Shown here: positions 58,047 to 64,000 of the stretch, piece after piece | Layout: every line of letters starts with the position of its first letter | How positions within the stretch are numbered: the stretch's first letter is position 1 | Assembly: GCA_045863235.1 (NCBI GenBank) | Contig: BTUM01000024.1 | Span: forward strand, 1-64,000 | DNA length: 64,000 nucleotides | Direction: 5' to 3' | Source of the DNA: Candidatus Xenobia bacterium | Lineage (GTDB): Bacteria > Vulcanimicrobiota > Xenobia > Xenobiales > QWHO01 | The notes under the pieces: model-generated | Told to the model about the DNA's origin: nothing | The model's input: the letters and a program-made list of their open reading frames with translations, nothing else | Database searches by the model: none | Translations under genes and position numbers: made by a program

Positions 58047-58117
58047 AATTTACGCTGGAATGGGCTCGAAGGGTAATGATCCAGGTCATCGTTCATCTTG
58101 TTGTCGGGGACTACACT
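58047..58117. promoter_or_regulatory. FNR/FixK-like box at the centre of the divergent USP/CBS promoter
   Basis: ATGATCCAGGTCAT (58076-58089), TACACT on + (58112-58117) and TAAATT on - (58052-58047). Confidence 0.65.
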
Positions 58118-58141
58118 TGAGGGCGAGGGAGGTGGACCACC

Positions 58142-58537
58142 ATGGAAATCAAGGTTGCCGACAAGATGCAGCGCGAGGTCTATTCGGCCCGCCCCGAGAT
58201 GAGCCTGCGCGAGCTGATCACCGAGCTGGTGCGAAGGGAGATTCGAGGCTGCCCGGTGGAAGACGAGCAGGGACGCCTGGTGGGGGTCATCTCCCTGAGT
58301 GACGCAGCCGTGGCCCTGGGATTCCCGCCCGAAGGCAACCCGGACCCGACCGTGGGTGACGTGATGGCCCGGGACGTGATCGGGCTCGAGCAAACCGCTC
58401 CCCTGCAGGCCGCCATCGACCTGTTCCTCAAGCACCGGGTGCATCGTCTGATCATCACCTATCGGGGCCGCGTGGTGGGGATCCTGACTCCGTTCGATCT
58501 GATCCCGACCGAGGAGAAGAAGACCGTCTGGATCTAG
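58142..58537 (+). CDS. CBS-domain pair protein
   Basis: VADKM, PVEDEQGRLVGVISLSD, VGDVM and VVGILT..DL. Confidence 0.92.
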   Translation: MEIKVADKMQREVYSARPEMSLRELITELVRREIRGCPVEDEQGRLVGVISLSDAAVALGFPPEGNPDPTVGDVMARDVIGLEQTAPLQAAIDLFLKHRVHRLIITYRGRVVGILTPFDLIPTEEKKTVWI

Positions 58538-58561
58538 GAGCCCGGCTTTGCGGCCGGACTT

Positions 58562-59419
58562 CTAGATACGGTTGAGCACGCTCTTCGGCGGCTCGCGCAA
58601 CCCCCATACCAGCCCCAGCCGCTCCAGCGCCTTGAGTGCAAGGTGAGTGAGGTCCAGCTCCCACCAGAAGAAGCCCTGGCGCTCGCTGCCCGGGTAGCGG
58701 TGGTGGTTGTTGTGCCACCCCTCGCCCAGGGTGATCAGGGCTAGCCAGACGTTGTTCCTGCTGCTGTCTCTGGTTTCATAGCGCCGGCTTCCGTAGATGT
58801 GGCTCAGCGAGTTGATCGTGAAGGTGCCGTGATACACCATGATGGTGCTCACGAAGTAAGCCCACACCAGCAGCTGCCAGCGCGTGGTGCCCAGGAACGG
58901 CATCCGGGTCTCGATGAAGATACCCAGGAAGAACCAGCAGAAAGCGTAGATCCAGGTTGTCTTGTGGGGATGGCGCTCGAAGAGGTGGAGCTCGGGATAG
59001 CGGGCCAGATCGCGTACGGCCTCCAGGTTGGTCTTGGAGCTGCGATAGGTCAGGAACCAGACCGTGTGGGACCAGAGAAAGCCCCGGAGCCCTGGCGAGT
59101 GCGGATCTTGCTCGGTGTCCGCATGGCGGTGGTGGTGGCGGTGGTGGGCAGCCCACCAGAGCGGGCCGTTCTGCCCGGCGGTAGCCCCTAGCACGGCGAG
59201 CACGAACTGGAAGAGGCGCGTGGTCTGATAGGCGCGGTGCGAAAAATAGCGGTGGTAACCGGCCGTGATGCCGAACATGCGCAGGAAGTAGCTGAAGAAG
59301 CAGGCCGCCACGGCCAGCGGAGTCCAGCCCACCAGGAAGACGGCCAGGGGAGCCAGGTGCAGCATGGCGTAGGGAATTGCACCCCGGTAGTCCAACCGGT
59401 CGGTTTCGACCTCGGTCAT
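58562..59419 (-). CDS. Membrane fatty acid (acyl-CoA/acyl-lipid, delta-9-type) desaturase
   Basis: His boxes HRYFSH, HRHHH and HNNHH, plus DPHSP and INSLSH. ATGA overlap with the upstream gene. Confidence 0.93.
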   Translation of the reverse strand: MTEVETDRLDYRGAIPYAMLHLAPLAVFLVGWTPLAVAACFFSYFLRMFGITAGYHRYFSHRAYQTTRLFQFVLAVLGATAGQNGPLWWAAHHRHHHRHADTEQDPHSPGLRGFLWSHTVWFLTYRSSKTNLEAVRDLARYPELHLFERHPHKTTWIYAFCWFFLGIFIETRMPFLGTTRWQLLVWAYFVSTIMVYHGTFTINSLSHIYGSRRYETRDSSRNNVWLALITLGEGWHNNHHRYPGSERQGFFWWELDLTHLALKALERLGLVWGLREPPKSVLNRI

Positions 59420-61389
59420 GAGGGCAAACTCGGGTTGTTGACCCGCGTGAGGACCAGCTGAAGATCCCCCAGCGTGCGCGTGCTGAAGCCGGCCTCGCAG
59501 TAACTGAAGTAATACTCCCAGGTGCGCAGAAAATGGCGATCCTTGCCCAGGAGCTCCTTCTTGCTCAAGAAACGCCGGCGCCACTCACGCAGGGTGCGGG
59601 CGTAATGGATGCCGATGTTCTCCAGGCTCTCGATCAAGAACCGACTGTGCTTCGTCATCGCGTTGGTGAGCGTCGTAAGGCTGGGGATGTTGGAGCCGGG
59701 GAAAATGTGTTTCTGCGTCCACTCTGCGCTGCGCCGGTAGACCTCGTAGCCCTGGTCCGGGATGGTGATGGTCTGCAACACCACCAGGCCGTCCGGCTTC
59801 AACAGCCGGTCACAGGTCGCAAAGAACTGCCCGTAATGCTCGTGTCCGACGGCCTCCAACATTTCGATGGAGACGATGCGGTCGTACTGCCCCTCTGCCT
59901 GGCGATAGTCGCACAGCCTGGCCTGAACTTGATCCTGGAGTCCCAGTTCCCGCGCCCGGTGCTGAACGTAATCGAACTGTCGCTCGGACAGCGTCAGAGT
60001 GGTGACCCGGCAACCCGTGCGCCGGGCAGCCAGCAGCGCGAAACTCCCCCAGCCGGAGCCGATCTCCAGCACGTGGTGGTGAGGGGACACGCGGGCTTTG
60101 TCCAGCACCGCCAGGAGTTTTTCTTCCTGGGCCTCCTCGAGAGTCTCGTTGCCCTTGCGAAAGAGCGCGCAGGAGTAGGTCATGCTCTCGTCCAGGAAGT
60201 GCTGGAAGAACTCGTTGCCCAGATCATAGTGCTGGCGGATGTTGCGCCGGCTACCCGGCAGGGTGTTCTTGCGCAGCAAGTGCTTGAGCCGGTTGACCCA
60301 GCGGGACAGGTGGCTGACCCAGAACTTCCTGTCGTCCACGGCCTGGCGGTTGTCCACCATGAGCTGGATGAAAGCCACCACGTCGGGGCTGTCCCAGAGC
60401 TCGAGTTGGAACGACTCCCCCAACCCCACGTCGCCGTCCAGCGCCACACGACGGAAGAAGTCGTAGTCGTTGACGATCAGCTCGGCGTTGCGGCCGCCTT
60501 TTCCTTCGAAGACCTTCTGGGTGCGGTCGGGCAGCGTCAGGGTCAGCCGGCCGGTATGGATGAGCCGGAGATAGCTCTCTACCAGCCGCTGGCAGGAGCG
60601 CTCCAGCCATCCTGGCGGCTCGGCGCGCAGAATGGTGGGGGCTTCCGGGAACGGCTTGGGCACGGGGGGCAATCCTTTCCGGTAGTGCAGTTTGGCCGCT
60701 TGCCACATGATACGGGGGACCGTCATGGCAGCGGTAACTGGATAATGCAGCAGGGTGCCCAGATGGTTCCCCGGGCTCAACTCTCGGGGGCGACCGGTGA
60801 GAGCCGAGCGGAACAGGACCTTCCCCCGGTCCAGGATGTGAATCTGGATGTCGAGTCTCTCGCGGGGATCGCTGAAGTGGAAGTCGTAATCTCCTTCGAT
60901 GGCGTTGAAGGGGGAAACGTAGAACTCCTTGGGCACTGTGTAGCGAGCCAGCATCCCCTTGAGGGGCTCTCGAGCTTCCTTGAGAACGTACAGAAAACGC
61001 TCGCCGAAGGTGTTGTTGACTTCGGCCAGACAGCCCACCAGCTGGTCCGCGGCGTCCCAGCAGTAGTAGAAGCTGACGGGGTTGAAAACGTAGCCCAGGT
61101 AACGAGCGCTGGTGATGAGCTGGATCCGGTGAACGCCCCCCAGCCCGTGGCTCTGCAGATGGCCCGCGAGCTTTTGTCTCAGCGTGCCGGGGCCGCGCTC
61201 GAGGTAGTCCGTGTCGTAGAACGAGCTGACCCTCAGGCGGTTGTAGCCGAAGAGGGGCGAGTTGATGCTCGGAAGCTCGTCGAGGTCCAGGCAGTAGGCA
61301 TAGATGGGATAACGGAAGCCGTGCTTGACGGGGGTGAACCGCACGTGGCTGACGTGGCCGTGGTAGATGAGGCTTCTCACAACGGACAC
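59416..61389 (-). CDS. DUF1365 fused to a cfa-family SAM-dependent fatty-acyl methyltransferase
   Basis: N-terminal H.RF.P..H.FRY, FNPVSFYYC, EVNNTFGE, KEFYVSPF and IMWQAAKL. C-terminal NIRQHYDLGN, MTYSCA, LEIGSGWG, SIEMLEAVG, IFPG and WEYYFSYCEAGF, all in one frame. Confidence 0.92.
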   Translation of the reverse strand: MSVVRSLIYHGHVSHVRFTPVKHGFRYPIYAYCLDLDELPSINSPLFGYNRLRVSSFYDTDYLERGPGTLRQKLAGHLQSHGLGGVHRIQLITSARYLGYVFNPVSFYYCWDAADQLVGCLAEVNNTFGERFLYVLKEAREPLKGMLARYTVPKEFYVSPFNAIEGDYDFHFSDPRERLDIQIHILDRGKVLFRSALTGRPRELSPGNHLGTLLHYPVTAAMTVPRIMWQAAKLHYRKGLPPVPKPFPEAPTILRAEPPGWLERSCQRLVESYLRLIHTGRLTLTLPDRTQKVFEGKGGRNAELIVNDYDFFRRVALDGDVGLGESFQLELWDSPDVVAFIQLMVDNRQAVDDRKFWVSHLSRWVNRLKHLLRKNTLPGSRRNIRQHYDLGNEFFQHFLDESMTYSCALFRKGNETLEEAQEEKLLAVLDKARVSPHHHVLEIGSGWGSFALLAARRTGCRVTTLTLSERQFDYVQHRARELGLQDQVQARLCDYRQAEGQYDRIVSIEMLEAVGHEHYGQFFATCDRLLKPDGLVVLQTITIPDQGYEVYRRSAEWTQKHIFPGSNIPSLTTLTNAMTKHSRFLIESLENIGIHYARTLREWRRRFLSKKELLGKDRHFLRTWEYYFSYCEAGFSTRTLGDLQLVLTRVNNPSLPS

Positions 61390-62588
61390 CCCAGGCTCTC
61401 GGCCACGGCCACGGCCGACTTGACGGCATCCTCGTGGAAGCCGTAGCCGAAGTAGGAGCCGCAGAAGTACGTTCGGTCGCGATTCAGGCTCTTCAAGTGG
61501 GGCTGCGTCGCCACGCTGGCAGTGGTGTAGGCCGGGTGCTCATAACTGAATTCCGCGATCACGCTGCCCTCCGGATAGGGCTCGGGGCGGTTGAGCGTGA
61601 CGAGATACTGGCGGTGAGTGCACAGTCCCTGGAGGCGATTCATGTGATAGCTCAGGAAGGCCGGCTCATCGGGGTGCTGGCGGGTGAAGTTCCAACTGGC
61701 CCATGCCCTCCGCTCCGGGGGCATGAGGCTCAAGTCCGTGTGGAGCACGGTGTGGTTGCGATGGTAGCTCCAGGCTCCCAGCAGGCTTTTCTCCTCCGTT
61801 GTTGGGTCGTTCAGGGCACGAAGGCTCTGGTCCGCGTGGCCGGCCAGGACGACCGCGTCGAATGGCTCGCTCTGAACCTCGACCCTATCCATAAAGCGGG
61901 CTACGCGAGCCTGGACGCCTGTCCTGACGTTCAAATGGGCCAGCATCTTCCGCACGTATGTCTGGCTGCCTCCCGGGATCGTCTGCCAGACCGGGCGATC
62001 GGTCAGACTGCGCATTCCGTGGTTTTTGAAGAACGCCAGCAGGGTTGCGGCGGGGAAATCCAACATCTGGCGGGTGGGTGTGCTCCAAACCGCGGCTCCG
62101 ATGGCAGTCAGGTAGTGGTGGCGGAAGAAACGACTGTAGCACCCGCGGTCGAGATAGCTCCGCAGCGTCTCTCCGGATCGGGCCGGCCCGGCCTGGTTGA
62201 ACCGCAGCAGGTCGATGACCAGTCTCAGGAAGCGCGGATCGAGCAGATTCTTGCGCTGCGCAAAGAGCCGGTTGGCGTCGTGTCCCGAGTAGCAAAGGCC
62301 ACTGACCCGATCGTAGTAGCCAAAGGACATGTCCGCCGTGCGCACCGGGACGTTCAGTTGTTGGAGCACTTTCGTAAAGGTGGGATAATTTCGGTCGTTG
62401 AGCACGATGAAGCCTGTGTCCACAGGCGTTCCGGCATCGGGTCCATCCGGGAGGACGACCGTGTTGGTATGCCCGCCCGCGGAATCGTTCTGCTCGAAAA
62501 CCCACACGTCGTGGCGGCGCTGCAGCAGCCAGGCCGCCGTCAGGCCGGCCACGCCTGCCCCCACGACCGCGATGCGCAGTCCGGTCAT
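61377..62588 (-). CDS. FAD-dependent oxidoreductase (COG2907, UfaD/Rv0449c-like)
   Basis: GAGVAG, GGHTNT, VDTGFIVLNDRNYP, FFKNHG, AWASWN, YEHP and GYGFHEDAV. Confidence 0.92.
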   Translation of the reverse strand: MTGLRIAVVGAGVAGLTAAWLLQRRHDVWVFEQNDSAGGHTNTVVLPDGPDAGTPVDTGFIVLNDRNYPTFTKVLQQLNVPVRTADMSFGYYDRVSGLCYSGHDANRLFAQRKNLLDPRFLRLVIDLLRFNQAGPARSGETLRSYLDRGCYSRFFRHHYLTAIGAAVWSTPTRQMLDFPAATLLAFFKNHGMRSLTDRPVWQTIPGGSQTYVRKMLAHLNVRTGVQARVARFMDRVEVQSEPFDAVVLAGHADQSLRALNDPTTEEKSLLGAWSYHRNHTVLHTDLSLMPPERRAWASWNFTRQHPDEPAFLSYHMNRLQGLCTHRQYLVTLNRPEPYPEGSVIAEFSYEHPAYTTASVATQPHLKSLNRDRTYFCGSYFGYGFHEDAVKSAVAVAESLGCPL

Positions 62589-62689
62589 GCCCACGTCTGC
62601 GTCGGCGCCAGGAAGGCGGGGGTCGGGCGCGGGGTGTTCGAGCTCAGACGAGCGAGGCCGGGCCGGTCGATATGGTTGGTGAGAGTCAT
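62585..62689 (-). CDS. Candidate 34-aa leader ORF coupled to the oxidoreductase
   Basis: GGAGG upstream, MTLTNHID...TQTWA, and a stop overlapping the next ATG (ATGA). Confidence 0.35.
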   Translation of the reverse strand: MTLTNHIDRPGLARLSSNTPRPTPAFLAPTQTWA

Positions 62690-62793
62690 CTCCCGACAGG
62701 TCCTCCGCGGCCAGGGCATTTCCTTCAAAGTTTGCGGGAGCCCGGCCTTCAATCGCCTTCTCTCCTGCCCGGGTCAGGCGCTGAGAGGCGCCT

Positions 62794-63357
62794 TCAGCGG
62801 GGGGCCGCTTGAAAGAACTGCCACAGCCTTTGCTGAAGGTGGGAGCGCCCCCGGCTGATGCGCGAGCGCACCGTGCCCAGAGGAATCCCAAGAATATCGG
62901 CAATCTCCCGGTAGCTGAAGCCCTCCACGTCGCAGAGCAGGATGGCTGAGCGCAGCTCTTCGCTCAACTCGCTCAGGGCAGCTCGAACTTCTGCCGAAGG
63001 GCACCGATCGAAGAAAATCTTCTCAGGGTTGTCCGCCAGAATCCTCTCCTGCTCGAGTAACCGGTCGTGCAGGAAGAACTCGCTCGCCTCGTCGAGGGAG
63101 ATGTTCTCCTGGCGGGTCGAGGGTGAGCGCAGGCGCTGCCGGTGCAAATTGTGGAGGATGGCAAAGAGCCAGGACTTGCAGTTGGACCCCTCCCGAAACT
63201 GATAAAAGAAGCGATAGGCTCGCTCATAGGCCTCCTGAAACAGATCCTCGGCCTGGGAATCGTCCCTACAGAGGCGGCGGGCGAAGCGATAGAGCGCCTC
63301 GGCATGAACCAGAGCTTCCCGGTCGAAGCGCTCGCGTATGGTTTCGGACCTGGGCAT
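62794..63357 (-). CDS. ECF RNA polymerase sigma factor
   Basis: LYRFARRL..DDSQAEDLFQEAY, SWLFAILHN and GFSYREIADILGIPLGTVRSRISRGR. Confidence 0.95.
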   Translation of the reverse strand: MPRSETIRERFDREALVHAEALYRFARRLCRDDSQAEDLFQEAYERAYRFFYQFREGSNCKSWLFAILHNLHRQRLRSPSTRQENISLDEASEFFLHDRLLEQERILADNPEKIFFDRCPSAEVRAALSELSEELRSAILLCDVEGFSYREIADILGIPLGTVRSRISRGRSHLQQRLWQFFQAAPR

Positions 63358-64000
63358 CGACGGTAAAGCGCTCGGGAAGCGGGCGAATCCAGCCTGCTTG
63401 AAGCTCGCCTTGCAGCGCCACCCATTTACGCATCTCAGGTTCATGAACGCGCGCCACGAGGCCGTAGAGCCAGCCCTCGCTCTCCCAGACCAGCACATTG
63501 TATCCCTGGTAACGGTGAATGGCCGGTTTCTCCGGGAAGCTGGCGATCCCCTTGAGTTCGGCCCGCGGCAAAGCATAGAGAGAGACCTGGATTTGATCTG
63601 GGTCCAGATACATCAAATGCGGCCCGCGGGCACCCTCGGCCACCGGGCAATCGCGTCGGTCCACCGGGGTCAGAGTAGCTGGCCACCTGGGTGGTATGGG
63701 GAGCTTGCTGGCAGAGTGAGCTAACATCCACCTTTCGAACTGCTCTGTCTTCGCCCGGGTGTTCTGGATGTGGAAGCAGCCCTCGTGGTGGCGTACCATA
63801 TCGGCTACCAGCGGGTTGACCTGGGGCTTGCCCCAGAGGAAGAAAGCGATCGCCAGGGCAGCTGCCAGCACCAGAAAGCCCACTCGAGAGGGGCTGTAGC
63901 GCTTTCGTCTGGAAACGACGACCCCGTCGAGCCGCGACGCCAGGCGGTCTGTCAGGCCGTCGGGGAGGGGAGGCTCGTATTCGGCCTGCCGCATTCTCTC
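63266..64000 (-). CDS. Transmembrane anti-sigma factor (5'-partial)
   Basis: TM helix (LAAALAIAFFLW), then PHLMY...VSLYAL and VLVWESEGWLYGLV, typical of RsiW/PrtR-like extracytoplasmic domains. The frame is open to the window end. Confidence 0.75.
   Translation of the reverse strand, partial: ERMRQAEYEPPLPDGLTDRLASRLDGVVVSRRKRYSPSRVGFLVLAAALAIAFFLWGKPQVNPLVADMVRHHEGCFHIQNTRAKTEQFERWMLAHSASKLPIPPRWPATLTPVDRRDCPVAEGARGPHLMYLDPDQIQVSLYALPRAELKGIASFPEKPAIHRYQGYNVLVWESEGWLYGLVARVHEPEMRKWVALQGELQAGWIRPLPERFTVDAQVRNHTRALRPGSSGSCRGALSLRPPPL

Overview
A GC-rich (about two-thirds GC by eye), densely coding bacterial chromosomal segment. I saw no rRNA, tRNA, CRISPR array, transposase or integrase. Recognisable content, in order: a partial M1 aminopeptidase; a DAG-kinase-family gene coupled to a macrodomain-like/SIR2 protein; a flotillin/SPFH gene plus a WD40 gene; a divergent pentein (deiminase-fold) enzyme; AlkD; an unknown HEAT / Tat-lipoprotein / beta-rich operon facing an NlpC/P60 lipoprotein; hemH; a TroABCD-type metal ABC importer in which both permeases carry DtxR-type domains, behind a perfect 14-bp palindrome; an amidase; a DUF4143 ATPase; a PAS hybrid kinase coupled to a MacAB-type exporter; a tandem-PilZ gene divergent from a long coiled-coil GGDEF-EAL gene; a 61-aa protein with 25 Met; an F420-type LLM oxidoreductase; a DUF1998 helicase; a kinase-ATPase-TPR gene followed by PilX/prepilin-like genes; a Tat-exported 15-Cys repeat peptide resembling MNIO-type RiPP precursors; an internally deleted DUF296 gene; a Hsp20/LonC/USP/CBS stress cluster with three FNR-like boxes; and an ECF/anti-sigma-linked fatty-acid modification operon with a DUF1365-cfa fusion. 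All family assignments come from reading motifs by eye, with no database search. The gene style suggests Ca. Eremiobacterota/Vulcanimicrobiota, but that is a weak inference.
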